Shown here piece after piece: positions 35,485 through 45,637 of a stretch of 55,038 nucleotides of DNA. The notes beneath the pieces were generated by a model that did no database searches, was not told the origin of the DNA, and worked only from the letters and a program-made list of their open reading frames with translations. Each line of letters opens with the position of its first letter. The first letter of the stretch is position 1. This DNA is from Clostridia bacterium (lineage in GTDB: Bacteria > Bacillota > Clostridia > Christensenellales > CAG-138): positions 1 to 55,038 of the forward strand of contig JAPXSN010000002.1 in NCBI GenBank assembly GCA_033813015.1, read 5' to 3'. A program made the position numbers and the translations under genes.

Positions 35485-36014
35485 ACGAAAACACAAGGGA
35501 CATCGTAAAACCCATCGTCGTGCTGACGCTCATCTGCCTTGTCGTGTCGGCTGCTCTCGCCTTCACCAACAGCCTGACAAAGCCGGTGATCGACGAGGCC
35601 GCGATGCGGCGCTCGGACGAGATCCATCTGGCAGTCATGCCCGGAGCCGACGGCTTCGAGCAAATAGAAGTCGCCGGTATGCCCGAAACCGTGACCGGCG
35701 CTTACCGCGCGAAGAATGGCGCGGGCTATGTTTTCAACGTCATGGGTACGGGCTACGGCGGGGATATGGAGATCATCTGCGGCATCGATCCAGACGGGAG
35801 GATCACCGCGTGCATGACCCTCTCCCACTCCGAGACCCAAGGGGTGGGCTCCAAGACTGCCGAGGAGGAATACCGCAATCAGTATGCGGGCATGGACGTA
35901 AATCTCGAGGGCGTGGAGGCCATATCCGGCGCGACAGTCTCATCCGAAGCGTATGAAAAAGCGATACGGGATGTATTCGAGGCATATGAAGCAGCAAAGG
36001 AGGCAGGCCAATGA
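35481..36014 (+). CDS. rnfG: Rnf complex subunit G (FMN-binding)
   Basis: 177 aa. N-terminal TM helix and the flavinylation motif ISGATVSS, which is the ApbE substrate. Confidence 0.9.
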   Translation: MNENTRDIVKPIVVLTLICLVVSAALAFTNSLTKPVIDEAAMRRSDEIHLAVMPGADGFEQIEVAGMPETVTGAYRAKNGAGYVFNVMGTGYGGDMEIICGIDPDGRITACMTLSHSETQGVGSKTAEEEYRNQYAGMDVNLEGVEAISGATVSSEAYEKAIRDVFEAYEAAKEAGQ

Positions 36015-36694
36015 ACGGAAAGCTTAAGACTCTGTTGAACGGCATACTCAAGGAAAACCCTGTGCTCGTGCTGGTGCTGGGCACCTGCCCGTCGCTTGCC
36101 ATTTCCACGCAGGCGACCAACGCTCTGGGCATGGGCGTCGCCGCGACGCTCGTGTTGCTCGGCTCCAACATGGCCATTTCCGCGCTGCGTAACGTCATAC
36201 CGGATAAGGTGCGCATCCCGTGCTACGTTATCCTGATCGCGGGCTTCGTGACGATGACCGAAATGATCGTCGAGGCGTACGCGTATGAGCTCTATAAGGC
36301 GCTGGGCATCTACCTGCCGCTGATCGTCGTCAACTGCATCATACTCGGCCGCGCCGAAATGTACGCCAACAAGAACGGCGTTATCGACAGCGCGCTCGAC
36401 GCCGTGGGAATGGGGCTGGGCTTCACGCTGACGCTGGTGGTCATGGCATCCATCCGCGAGGTGTTCGGCAGCGGGACATGGTTCGGCATGAAAATCCCCG
36501 TGCTCATAGACAATCCCATATCCATACTCACCATGGCGCCCGGCGGCTTCTTCATTTTCGGCTGCCTGATCGCGCTGGTCAACAAAATCATGAAGGGACA
36601 GGCGCTCAAAGGAGCGGCCGCGGGCTGCGCCGCGTGCCCGTCCTGCTCCGCCTGCCCGAACGCGAATGAAGCACAAGGAGGTGGCGCGGCGTGA
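36011..36694 (+). CDS. rnfE: Rnf complex subunit E
   Basis: 227 aa. …NPVLVLVLGTCPSLA… is typical of RnfE. Confidence 0.9.
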   Translation: MNGKLKTLLNGILKENPVLVLVLGTCPSLAISTQATNALGMGVAATLVLLGSNMAISALRNVIPDKVRIPCYVILIAGFVTMTEMIVEAYAYELYKALGIYLPLIVVNCIILGRAEMYANKNGVIDSALDAVGMGLGFTLTLVVMASIREVFGSGTWFGMKIPVLIDNPISILTMAPGGFFIFGCLIALVNKIMKGQALKGAAAGCAACPSCSACPNANEAQGGGAA

Positions 36695-37290
36695 TCGATT
36701 TCAGAGGACTTGTCATCATATTGGTCAGCGCGGTGCTCGTCAACAATTATGTGCTCCAGCGCTTCCTGGGCATCTGCCCGTTCCTGGGCGTTTCAAAGCA
36801 ATTAAGCAGCGCAACGGGCATGAGCATCGCCGTCATCTTCGTCATGATGCTCTCGACCGCCGTGACCTGGCCGATACAGACCTACCTGCTGGAGCATTTT
36901 GGCATCGGATATCTGCAAACGATCGTGTTCATACTCGTGATCGCCGCGCTGGTGCAGCTTGTCGAGATTGCGCTCAAAAAATATGTGCCCGGCCTATACC
37001 GCGCGCTGGGTATCTATCTGCCGCTGATTACGACCAACTGCGCAGTGCTGGGCGTGACCATCTCCAACATAGACGCCGGTTACGGCTTTTTGCAGTCCAT
37101 GATAAACGCCCTCGGCTCGGGCCTCGGCTTCTTCCTCGCGATGGTGCTTTTTTCCGGTGTGCGCTCGCGCATGGAGGAAGCGGACCCGCCGGAAGCATTT
37201 GCAGGACTCCCGCTGACGCTGACGGCGGCCGCTATCGTGTCGCTGGCGTTCTTCGGCTTCACCGGCGTCATCGAAAACCTGTTCGGATAA
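36691..37290 (+). CDS. rnfA: Rnf complex subunit A
   Basis: 199 aa. …NNYVLQRFLGICPFLGVS… The GTG start overlaps the rnfE stop. Confidence 0.9.
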   Translation: MIDFRGLVIILVSAVLVNNYVLQRFLGICPFLGVSKQLSSATGMSIAVIFVMMLSTAVTWPIQTYLLEHFGIGYLQTIVFILVIAALVQLVEIALKKYVPGLYRALGIYLPLITTNCAVLGVTISNIDAGYGFLQSMINALGSGLGFFLAMVLFSGVRSRMEEADPPEAFAGLPLTLTAAAIVSLAFFGFTGVIENLFG

Positions 37291-37300
37291 GGAGGACGCG

Positions 37301-38125
37301 ATGAACCCTATTTTGATTTCCGTGCTCTGCGTGACCGGCATAGGCGTACTGTGCGCCGTCATACTGGCCATCGCCTCCAAGGTAATGAGCATTAAAACCG
37401 ACGAGCGCCTGCCCGAGATACGCGAGATACTCCCCGGCGCGAACTGCGGCGCATGCGGCTTCGCGGGCTGCGACGGATACGCCGCGGCCCTGATCGAAGG
37501 GAATGTCAAGACAAACCTCTGCACGCCGGGAGGCGATGCAGCAGCCCTTCGCCTGAGCGAAAAGCTGGGGCTCGCGTATGAGGATGTGATCGAGAAGGTG
37601 GCGTACGTTCGCTGCGGCGGGAACAGCCGCGCGGCGAAAGACATGGTGGAATATCAGGGCATACAGACCTGCGCGGCCGCGACGCTTCTGCACGGCGGCC
37701 AGAAGCTCTGCCCGAGTGCCTGCCTGGGCTTCGGCGACTGCGCGCAGGCCTGCCCATACGGCGCTATACGCGTCGCGGACGGCCTCGCGCAGGTGATCTC
37801 CGCCCGGTGTACGGGTTGCGGCCTGTGCGTTACCGCCTGCCCAAAGGGGATCATCGCCGTGGTGCCGGATGAAGTCCGCATCGCCGTCGCCTGCTCCAGC
37901 CATCAAAAGGGCGCGGCTGTGCGCCGCGCGTGCGAGGTCGGCTGCATCGCCTGCCGCCGCTGCGAAAAGGAGTGTCCCGAGGGCGCCATCCGGGTTGTGG
38001 ACGAGCTCGCCGTCATCGACTATGATAAGTGCACGGCTTGCGGCCGCTGCGTCGAGGTGTGCCCCACCCACTGCATCCATGCCGCCGATTTTCGCGGAGC
38101 GAGCAAGCGGCAGGGCTTCGTCTGA
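37301..38125 (+). CDS. rnfB: Rnf complex subunit B (polyferredoxin)
   Basis: 274 aa. N-terminal TM helix, CGACGFAGC, and several CxxCxxCxxxCP motifs. An AGGAGG RBS precedes the start. Confidence 0.9.
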   Translation: MNPILISVLCVTGIGVLCAVILAIASKVMSIKTDERLPEIREILPGANCGACGFAGCDGYAAALIEGNVKTNLCTPGGDAAALRLSEKLGLAYEDVIEKVAYVRCGGNSRAAKDMVEYQGIQTCAAATLLHGGQKLCPSACLGFGDCAQACPYGAIRVADGLAQVISARCTGCGLCVTACPKGIIAVVPDEVRIAVACSSHQKGAAVRRACEVGCIACRRCEKECPEGAIRVVDELAVIDYDKCTACGRCVEVCPTHCIHAADFRGASKRQGFV

Positions 38126-38147
38126 GGGCCAATAAAACATACGATCG

Positions 38148-38176
38148 AAAAGCCTTGCGATGCAAGGCTTTTTTTC
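38148..38176. terminator. Bidirectional rho-independent terminator between rnfB and the GH2 gene
   Basis: AAA-AGCCTTGC-GAT-GCAAGGCT-TTTTTT. An 8-bp stem is flanked by A- and T-runs. Confidence 0.8.
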
Positions 38177-38196
38177 ATCATATTTCGCAGTTTGCA

Positions 38197-40608
38197 TCAC
38201 CGCGTCTTCGCAGCAAGCACGGCTTTGAGCCGCAGTTCCTGCAAGCCGAAGCGCGGCGAGTCGACGGTGACGCGGATTTCACCCGCGCCCTCTGAGCTTA
38301 CCCAGAACGCGACCGATCCGCCTGCGAGCGCGAGTGCGTCGGGGCCGATGAGCGAACCCGCGCCGACAACGCTGACCCGGACTGCCTCGTTGGAATAGCG
38401 CATGACATTTCCGTGCGCGTCGACATGCTCGACGACCACGCGGCAGACGTCATAGGTATCCCCCTCGACAAGCGTTCCCGCATCCGGCGTGATGCGAAGT
38501 CCGGCGGAGGCAGCGGAGCCTTTTTTGACGCTCGCGACGAGTCGGTCTCCGATGTACCCCTCAAACGTATACTCGGTCGACTCCGTGCCCCAACCCGCGA
38601 CGTAGTGCGTAAAGAGATCGACCGCGTCCTGATACGAGAGGCGGTGTTTGAGCATCGTCCACGCCATCGAGAGCCTATATCGCAGCGGCAACGACTTGTC
38701 GCCGTAGCGCACGACAGCCGATAGGATACGCTTAATGCGCTCCGCGTCGCGCTTTTTGAAGCCCTCATTGCGCTCGAGCCGATCCCCGATAAAGTCCGCG
38801 ATTACGATGGGAGGATGAGGCAAGTTCGGGAACGCCGCGCGGTCCGGCAGATACGCGCCGATGCACTCCCCGTTGAGATAGAGCTTTACGCGCTCGCAGT
38901 TGGTGAAAACATAAACGCGCTCGAGCATCGAAGCTGCGCGTTCCCCCGGGTTCATGGAGGAGGCAACCTCCATGACCGGCGTTTCGTCCTGCTGCGAGCG
39001 ATAGGCCGCGGCGGCCTCCTTGGGCAGACGGAACATATCCATAACGCCGTGGTAACAAATCCTATCCCCACTGCCAAAATCCTTGTGCGTGTTGTAGTCG
39101 CACATGCACCAGCCGACCGCGCCTGAAATGCCGGGAGTGCCGTACATACTGTCGAGCACGCGAAGGTGGCGAAGCGCCTGTTCCACGCGCTTTTCCTCGC
39201 AGTCGAACTTCTTTGTCGGGAAAATGTGACCATTGTGCTCGGTCACGAGATAAGGCGCGCGGGAGCGCGTGACCTTTTCCGGCTTCTTGAGCGTTTCGTT
39301 GCGCCCGCTATGGACGAAATCGTTGTAGGTGTAGACATCCTCGAACAGATGGCTGAATTCGAAATTACGCACGCCGCCGGTCTGGCGCGTATCGTCGAGC
39401 CGCCGCGCGAGCGCGCTGGTCGCCTCATAAAAAGCGTCGTCGTCCCGCGACTCGTTGATGCGCGTTCCCCAGAGCACGATGCAGGGATGGTTCCAGTCCC
39501 GTTCGATCATATCCTCAAGCGCTCGAAGCGCGTTTTGCTTCCATGTTTCATCGCCTATATGCTGCCAGCCGGGTATTTCCTCAAAGACGAGAAGGCCTAT
39601 TTCGTCGCACCGATCAAGGAAATGGCGTGATTGCGGATAGTGCGATGTGCGCACGAAATTGAGTCCGAGGTCGTATTTCAATATTTCCGCGTCGCGCACC
39701 TGCGCGGTTTTGGGCATGGCGCCGCCGACATAAGGGAAGCTCTGGTGGCGGTTGAGGCCGCGCAGCTTGATCTTTTCCCCGTTGAGATAAAAGCCGTCCG
39801 GCGTGAAGCGTGCCTCGCGAAAGCCGAAGCGGACCGAGGTTTCGTCGAGCAGCTCACCATCGCAGAGCAATTCCAGCTTGAGCGTATAGAGGTTCGGTTG
39901 GTTTAGGCTCCAGATGGCGACGTTCCCAGCGTCAAACGCGGCGCTCACCTGCTGCTCCGTCCTGCCCGTAAGCGCAAGCGGCTGCTCGAAGCGCGTCGCA
40001 ATGCCGTCCGGTCCCGCGAGCGTGAGACGTATACGCACGTCCCGCCTAACGCCCCGGGCATTGTCGAGGGCAACATCCGCCTCTACCCGCCAGTTTTCGC
40101 CGTTCTGCCGCGTTTTCACGCGCAGGCTGGCTGCGAAAACCGCACCGGTCTGCTCTATGGAAACCTCGCGGTAAATGCCGCCGTAGGTCAGATAGTCGAC
40201 GGCGTAGCCGAACGGCGGAATGTCCGCGCGCTCTCTTGAATCCACGGCGACGGCGAGCACGTTGTCCCCCGCGCGGATCTTCCCCGTCAGCTCGCAGGAA
40301 AAAGGCGTGTAGCCGCCCGATTGCTCACTGAGGAATTCGCCGTTGAAATAAATGCGCGCCGCGGCCATGACGCCATCGAAGCGCAGGAAGGTGCGCTCGT
40401 CCGGAGGTTCGCCGTAATAAAAGTGCCTTCGGTAGCAGCTCACGAACTGATAGGCCCGCTCGTCGAAGTTGTTGTACGGCAGCTCCACGTTCGCGTGCGG
40501 CAGGCGAACGAGCGAAAAGCCTGCCTCGTCAAACGCAACGTTCTCCATGCCCTCGCAATATTCCGGCGAATAGAGCCAACCGTCGTTGATGGGTTGTGTC
40601 GTTCTCAT
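38197..40608 (-). CDS. Glycoside hydrolase family 2 (beta-galactosidase/beta-glucuronidase-like)
   Basis: 803 aa. Sugar-binding N-terminus (…NDGWLY…LPHANVELPYNNFDE…) and a TIM barrel with NHPCIVLWGTRINES. Confidence 0.85.
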   Translation of the reverse strand: MRTTQPINDGWLYSPEYCEGMENVAFDEAGFSLVRLPHANVELPYNNFDERAYQFVSCYRRHFYYGEPPDERTFLRFDGVMAAARIYFNGEFLSEQSGGYTPFSCELTGKIRAGDNVLAVAVDSRERADIPPFGYAVDYLTYGGIYREVSIEQTGAVFAASLRVKTRQNGENWRVEADVALDNARGVRRDVRIRLTLAGPDGIATRFEQPLALTGRTEQQVSAAFDAGNVAIWSLNQPNLYTLKLELLCDGELLDETSVRFGFREARFTPDGFYLNGEKIKLRGLNRHQSFPYVGGAMPKTAQVRDAEILKYDLGLNFVRTSHYPQSRHFLDRCDEIGLLVFEEIPGWQHIGDETWKQNALRALEDMIERDWNHPCIVLWGTRINESRDDDAFYEATSALARRLDDTRQTGGVRNFEFSHLFEDVYTYNDFVHSGRNETLKKPEKVTRSRAPYLVTEHNGHIFPTKKFDCEEKRVEQALRHLRVLDSMYGTPGISGAVGWCMCDYNTHKDFGSGDRICYHGVMDMFRLPKEAAAAYRSQQDETPVMEVASSMNPGERAASMLERVYVFTNCERVKLYLNGECIGAYLPDRAAFPNLPHPPIVIADFIGDRLERNEGFKKRDAERIKRILSAVVRYGDKSLPLRYRLSMAWTMLKHRLSYQDAVDLFTHYVAGWGTESTEYTFEGYIGDRLVASVKKGSAASAGLRITPDAGTLVEGDTYDVCRVVVEHVDAHGNVMRYSNEAVRVSVVGAGSLIGPDALALAGGSVAFWVSSEGAGEIRVTVDSPRFGLQELRLKAVLAAKTR

Positions 40609-40824
40609 ACGGATTCACCTTTTATTTGGAATGCCACGCGTGCGGCGCCAGGATTATCATGATCCTTCGTGGGAAAATAGCGGTACAGAGTGCGCCGGTT
40701 GATGCCGCGTGCCCGGCGGATTCTGTCCCATATGCGGCCGTGTTGCCGAATTCAGTATATCACAATTGGACCGAGGAATCATTTCCAGCTTAGAAAAGAC
40801 GGCCCGTTGCGCGATATTGTTAGC

Positions 40825-41697
40825 TCAGTCGCGCCGCGTTTTCCAGACCCTGCGATATTCCGCGGGCGTGATTCCCTCGTGCGCCCGGAACAGCTTGATG
40901 AAATGGCTCACGGTCTCGATGCCCGTTTCCGCGGCCACGGCGGATACCGGTATTTCCGTCATGCGCAAAAGTTCCTTGGCGTGCGCGACGCGCAAGGCTG
41001 CAAGATAGCCGTATGGGGAAAGCCCTGCGTGACGCGTAAAGAGCTTTTGCAGGTAATACTTGTTGATGGAAATTTCCTTCGACAATCGTTCCAGCGTGAC
41101 CCGCTCCCGAAAATGCGCCGCCATATAGTCCATAGCCTGCCGCACATAGGCGGGCTGCGCGGCATCGGCATGGCCGGCGGCCCCGCAGACGCACTCCGCC
41201 ATGATACCCAAAAGCAATGCGGCCGCCCGGACGTCGGCATTCGGTTCCGGCGCGTTGCGGTAGAGGCCGAGCAGTTCGTAAATGCGCGCGGAGACGCTGT
41301 TGTTCGCGGGGAGTTCCCCGGAATTCGCACCGTTTACGGCGAGGAAGCGCCGATACAGATAGTCGCATTCGGCTCCGTAGAAGTGCACCCAGACCACGCG
41401 CCAGTTGCCCGTGCGCTCGCTTGTGCAATAATACTGCTGCTTCTGGCAGTCTATCCAGAAAAAGCTGCCCTGCGGCAGAAAAACATCCTGCCCTTCATAG
41501 ACGAGGCGGCCTTCGCCCGAAAGCGTGTATTTGATCAAATATGAGGGCAGCTCCTCACGCGCCGTAAAGTATTCTCCGCGCGCGATAAAATCGCCCGCCT
41601 CCTGCACATAGGGCAGGTTGCCCCTCGCGCCCGCGCCCGCAGAAACGATGAGCCATTCCGATTCGGGTGCCATGTCAATTTTATAGGAGATCTTCAT
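40825..41697 (-). CDS. AraC-family transcriptional regulator (cupin sensor plus HTH_18), RhaR/RhaS-like by position
   Basis: 290 aa. C-terminal …ISINKYYLQKLFTRHAGLSPYGYL…ETGIETVSHFIKLFRAHEGITPAEYRR. It is divergent from rhaA. Confidence 0.85.
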   Translation of the reverse strand: MKISYKIDMAPESEWLIVSAGAGARGNLPYVQEAGDFIARGEYFTAREELPSYLIKYTLSGEGRLVYEGQDVFLPQGSFFWIDCQKQQYYCTSERTGNWRVVWVHFYGAECDYLYRRFLAVNGANSGELPANNSVSARIYELLGLYRNAPEPNADVRAAALLLGIMAECVCGAAGHADAAQPAYVRQAMDYMAAHFRERVTLERLSKEISINKYYLQKLFTRHAGLSPYGYLAALRVAHAKELLRMTEIPVSAVAAETGIETVSHFIKLFRAHEGITPAEYRRVWKTRRD

Positions 41698-41843
41698 GAG
41701 GTTGTCTCACATGCCAACATCGAAATATTTTTTGTCAACTTCGCATGCTGAAAAACACGCGAGCCCTTTGATATAATAATTTTAGCATATTGGCGATGCG
41801 ACAACAATGGAATGTTTGAGCATCATAAAGCGAGGAGAGCTCT

Positions 41844-43094
41844 ATGAATCGGGACGCCGTCATAAAAGCATACGAATACGCGCGCGAGATCTTTGCCGAA
41901 TACGGCGCGGACGCGGAGCTTGCCATACAGAAAGCGGACGTTGTGCCCGTTTCCATGCAGTGCTGGCAGGGGGACGACGTCATCGGCTTCGACGGCGCAA
42001 AGAGCCTTTCCGGAGGCATTGCCGCCACGGGCAATTATCCGGGTCGCGCGCGCACGCCTGAGGAACTGCGCTCGGACATCGTTATGGCGCGCTCGCTCAT
42101 ACCGGGCAGCGTCAAGGTAAGCCTGCACGCCTGCTATGCCGAAAAGAAAAACGCGGCGACGGATCGAGACGCCTACACCATCGCCGATTTCGAAACATGG
42201 GCGGACTGGGCAAAAGAGAGCGGCTTCGGCCTCGACTTCAACCCGACGTTCTTCTCCCACCCGATGATGGACGGGGACTTCTCGCTTTCGAGCTTCGATG
42301 AGACGAAGCGCCGCTTCTGGGTCGAGCACGGCAAACGCTGCCGCGTGATAGGCGCAGAACTCGCCAAGCGCACGGGCGAACCCTGTGTCGTCAACTTCTG
42401 GATGCCTGACGGCTACAAAGACACCTGTGTGGACACCGTCCGCCGCAGGGAGGTCATGACGCGCTCGCTCGACGAGATTTTCGCCTACGGCCCCAACCCG
42501 CTTGCGCCCTGCTCCATCGAAAGCAAGCTTTTCGGCGTGGGACTCGAGAGCCATACCGTAGCGAGCCACGAATACGCGCTGTGCTACGCGCTCACGCGCA
42601 ATCTGGCCTACTGCCTCGACGCCGGGCACTTCCACCCCACAGAGGTCGTGAGCGCCAAGCTCACCGCTGTTTTGCAGTTCTTGCCAAGCGTTCTTTTGCA
42701 CATCTCGCGCGGCGTAAGGTGGGACAGCGACCATGTCGTTTCCTTCGACGACGAACTGCAGCGCGTCATGGATGAGATCATCTGGAACGGGCTCGAAAAC
42801 CGCGTTTACATCGGACTCGACTATTTCGACGCCTCGATCAATCGAGTCGCAGCCTGGGCCATCGGCATGCGCAACGCAAGAAAGGCTCTGCTCGCCGCCT
42901 ATCTCGCGCCTTCGGACAAGCTGCGCGAGGCGGAGCAAAGCGGGGATTATACCACGCGGCTCGCCCTTTTGGAGGAGCGAAAGACCCTGCCCCTCGGCGC
43001 GGTGTGGGCTTACTACTGTATGACGCGCGGCGTTCCGCTCGACTTCATGCCCGAGGTGAAGCGCTACGAGACGGAAGTTCTCTCAAGGAGGTGA
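41844..43094 (+). CDS. rhaA: L-rhamnose isomerase
   Basis: 416 aa. …VSMQCWQGDDVIGF…, …SLHACYAE… and …CLDAGHFHPTE… are RhaA signatures. Confidence 0.9.
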   Translation: MNRDAVIKAYEYAREIFAEYGADAELAIQKADVVPVSMQCWQGDDVIGFDGAKSLSGGIAATGNYPGRARTPEELRSDIVMARSLIPGSVKVSLHACYAEKKNAATDRDAYTIADFETWADWAKESGFGLDFNPTFFSHPMMDGDFSLSSFDETKRRFWVEHGKRCRVIGAELAKRTGEPCVVNFWMPDGYKDTCVDTVRRREVMTRSLDEIFAYGPNPLAPCSIESKLFGVGLESHTVASHEYALCYALTRNLAYCLDAGHFHPTEVVSAKLTAVLQFLPSVLLHISRGVRWDSDHVVSFDDELQRVMDEIIWNGLENRVYIGLDYFDASINRVAAWAIGMRNARKALLAAYLAPSDKLREAEQSGDYTTRLALLEERKTLPLGAVWAYYCMTRGVPLDFMPEVKRYETEVLSRR

Positions 43095-43097
43095 CGC

Positions 43098-44162
43098 ATG
43101 GACAGCTTCTTTGAAACGCATCAAACCGAGCTTTCGAACTTCGCCGCGCTCTCGCAAGCCATCGGTGCGCGGGCGGACTATGTGCAGGGCGGCGGCGGCA
43201 ACACCTCGGTCAAGCTCGGAAGCGAGCTTATGGCCATCAAGGCCTCGGGGTACAAACTGAGCGACATTCGCTCAGACGCGGCCTACGCTGTGCTCGACGG
43301 GAAAAACATGCGCGAATTCTACCTTGCACATGAGCCGGATGATTTTGCCGACGTTGAAAAGGAGTGCGCCGCCTTTACAAAAGCGCAAGTCAAAGAAATC
43401 GCAGGGCTCTCCCCCTTGCGTCCTTCGGTCGAGGCGGGATTCCACTCTCTGCTCGACCGGTACGTGATCCACAGCCACAGCGTATACTGCAACCTCATTA
43501 CCTGCGTTGAGGAATGCGAAAGCCTCCTCCATGCGGCGTTTTTGAACGCATCGTTCGCTTGGGGATGGGTTCCTTACGCTGATCCCGGCGCGCGCCTCAC
43601 GTTTTCCCTGCGCGACGAAATAAAGCGCGTCGAGAGGAAAACGGGAAAACGCCCCTCGGTGCTCCTCATGCAGAACCACGGCCTCATCGTCCACAGCGAT
43701 GACCCGGATGCCTGTCTCGCGCTTCACAGCGAGGCCAACGAGCGCGCAGCGGCGTATTTCGGGTTCTGCGGCGCATCCTTCCCCGCAGTTGCCATCCGTC
43801 AAACGGGCGAGAACGTGTTCGTTTCGGATACGCCGTATCTTTGCGAATATCTCAGGGGAAGCGCATATCCGGTTGAAAAGCTGTTGTCGCAGCCGCTCTA
43901 TCCCGACCAGATGGTATTTCTGACGGGTGCGCTGGGCGAAACGGCGACCATCGACCGCACGGCCGGCGCGGTTTCCTACCGCATGTCTGAAAGCGCCGCG
44001 CTCGCGCTGGAGCAGACGCTCGCGGCGGTGGTATTCATTGAGGAAACGCTTGCGGCGGCGGGATACGCCGTGCGCTCCATGGGCGAGTCGGCGAAGGCCT
44101 TCATCGCCAACTGGGAAAGCGAAAAATACCGCAAGCAGCTTGCAGAAGGGGCGAAACCGTGA
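43098..44162 (+). CDS. Class II aldolase/adducin-family protein, resembling the aldolase half of bifunctional RhaEW (candidate rhamnulose-1-phosphate aldolase)
   Basis: 354 aa. …YVQGGGGNTSVKLG…IKASGYKLSDI…PSVEAGFHSLL…VIHSHS… The operon position is between rhaA and rhaB. Confidence 0.7.
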   Translation: MDSFFETHQTELSNFAALSQAIGARADYVQGGGGNTSVKLGSELMAIKASGYKLSDIRSDAAYAVLDGKNMREFYLAHEPDDFADVEKECAAFTKAQVKEIAGLSPLRPSVEAGFHSLLDRYVIHSHSVYCNLITCVEECESLLHAAFLNASFAWGWVPYADPGARLTFSLRDEIKRVERKTGKRPSVLLMQNHGLIVHSDDPDACLALHSEANERAAAYFGFCGASFPAVAIRQTGENVFVSDTPYLCEYLRGSAYPVEKLLSQPLYPDQMVFLTGALGETATIDRTAGAVSYRMSESAALALEQTLAAVVFIEETLAAAGYAVRSMGESAKAFIANWESEKYRKQLAEGAKP

Positions 44163-45637
44163 CGCGCGACATGCTCGCCTTCGACCTGGGCGCCTCCAAC
44201 GGGCGCGCGGTGCTCGCGCGCTTCGACGGCGAAAGGTTGGCGCTTGCGGAACTGCATCGCTTCGGAAACGCACCGTATGAGAAAAATGGCTTATCGCATT
44301 GGAATGTCAACGGGCTGTTTCATGAGCTGAAAAAGGGCTTCCACGCTTATCGGCAGACCGTCGGAGGCGAACTTGCGAGCTTTGGTATAGACACCTGGGG
44401 AGTGGATTACGGCCTGCTCGGCGCGAACGGCGTTCTTTTGGGTGACCCGCGCGCCTACCGCTGCGCGAGCGACGCTGAAATGGAACGCGCCTGGGAGAGG
44501 GTGGACAAGCGCGCGCTCTTCGAGCGCACGGGCATCGCAGCGATGAACTTCAACACCGCGTATCAGCTTTACAGGCGCGTCCTTGAGATCGACGCTGAGC
44601 TTCACAACGCGCATACGCTGCTGCTGATGCCCGACCTTTTGGGATATCTCTTTACGGGCGACCGGCTCACCGAATACACCAACGCGACAACGACAAACCT
44701 GTACAACCCTTCGGCGGGCGCGTGGGATTGGGAAACCATCCGCGCGCTGGACTTGCCGGAGGAAATCTTCACCCCGACAGACTGCGCGGGAACGCTGCGC
44801 GGCCCCATCCGCACGGAACTCGCGCAGGGACTGGGCACGAAGGGAACGCTTCTTGCCGCCGTCGGCACACACGACACCGCCTCGGCAGTGGCGGCCATTC
44901 CGGGATCGGGCAGTTTCGCGTTCTGCTCAAGCGGCACATGGTCTCTGTTCGGCGTGGAAACCGACAGATCCGTGCTGACGGATACCGTGTATAAAGCGAA
45001 TTTTTCCAACGAGGGTACCGTGCAGGGCGGCTTCCGTCCGCTCAAGAACATCATGGGGCTGTGGCTCGTCCAGGAATGCCGCCGCGAATGGGCGCGCGAG
45101 GGAAAAAAGCTTTCGTGGGATGAGATCGTACGGCTCGCGGAAAAGGAAGCACCTTTTCATTCCATTATCGATCCGGACGACGCTCCGTTCTTCTCTCCCG
45201 GCAACATGCGGGCGAAAATACGGGCATACTGCAAAAACACCGGGCAGCCCGCGCCGGAAACGATCGGCCAGTTCGCGCGCTGTATCTATGAGAGCCTCGC
45301 GCTCAAATGCCGCCGCGCGCTCGAAACGCTCGAGGCCATCAAGGGCAGCCGCATCGACGCGCTCAACATGGTGGGCGGCGGCATTCAAAATGGACTGCTC
45401 AATCAGATGACGGCGGACGCTTTAGGGCGCACGGTCATCACCGGCCCGACCGAGGGCGCATGCGCGGGCAATGCGCTCATGCAGGCGCAGGCGCTGGGCG
45501 AAATCAAGAACATTGCGGAAGCACGCGAGGTGGTGCGGCGCTCGTTCCCGCTTGAAGTTTGGGAGCCGCGACAAATATCCGCGTGGCAGGACGCTTACGG
45601 CCGACTTCTGGAATACATGGAGGGAAAACGCGCATGA
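44159..45637 (+). CDS. rhaB: Rhamnulokinase (FGGY family)
   Basis: 492 aa. …LAFDLGASNGRAVLARFDGERLALAELHRFGN… The GTG start overlaps the preceding stop. Confidence 0.88.
   Translation: MTRDMLAFDLGASNGRAVLARFDGERLALAELHRFGNAPYEKNGLSHWNVNGLFHELKKGFHAYRQTVGGELASFGIDTWGVDYGLLGANGVLLGDPRAYRCASDAEMERAWERVDKRALFERTGIAAMNFNTAYQLYRRVLEIDAELHNAHTLLLMPDLLGYLFTGDRLTEYTNATTTNLYNPSAGAWDWETIRALDLPEEIFTPTDCAGTLRGPIRTELAQGLGTKGTLLAAVGTHDTASAVAAIPGSGSFAFCSSGTWSLFGVETDRSVLTDTVYKANFSNEGTVQGGFRPLKNIMGLWLVQECRREWAREGKKLSWDEIVRLAEKEAPFHSIIDPDDAPFFSPGNMRAKIRAYCKNTGQPAPETIGQFARCIYESLALKCRRALETLEAIKGSRIDALNMVGGGIQNGLLNQMTADALGRTVITGPTEGACAGNALMQAQALGEIKNIAEAREVVRRSFPLEVWEPRQISAWQDAYGRLLEYMEGKRA

Noticed and set aside
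40605-40751. A 48-codon startless minus-strand frame (…RIWDRIRRARGINRRTLYRYFPTKDHD…) whose TGA overlaps the GH2 ATG. It vaguely resembles an HTH tail (AraC, resolvase or TetR-like).
   Set aside because: It has no ATG, GTG or TTG start until very late and no RBS. The resemblance is too short and degenerate to assign a family. It could be an eroded regulator remnant, but that cannot be supported from sequence alone.
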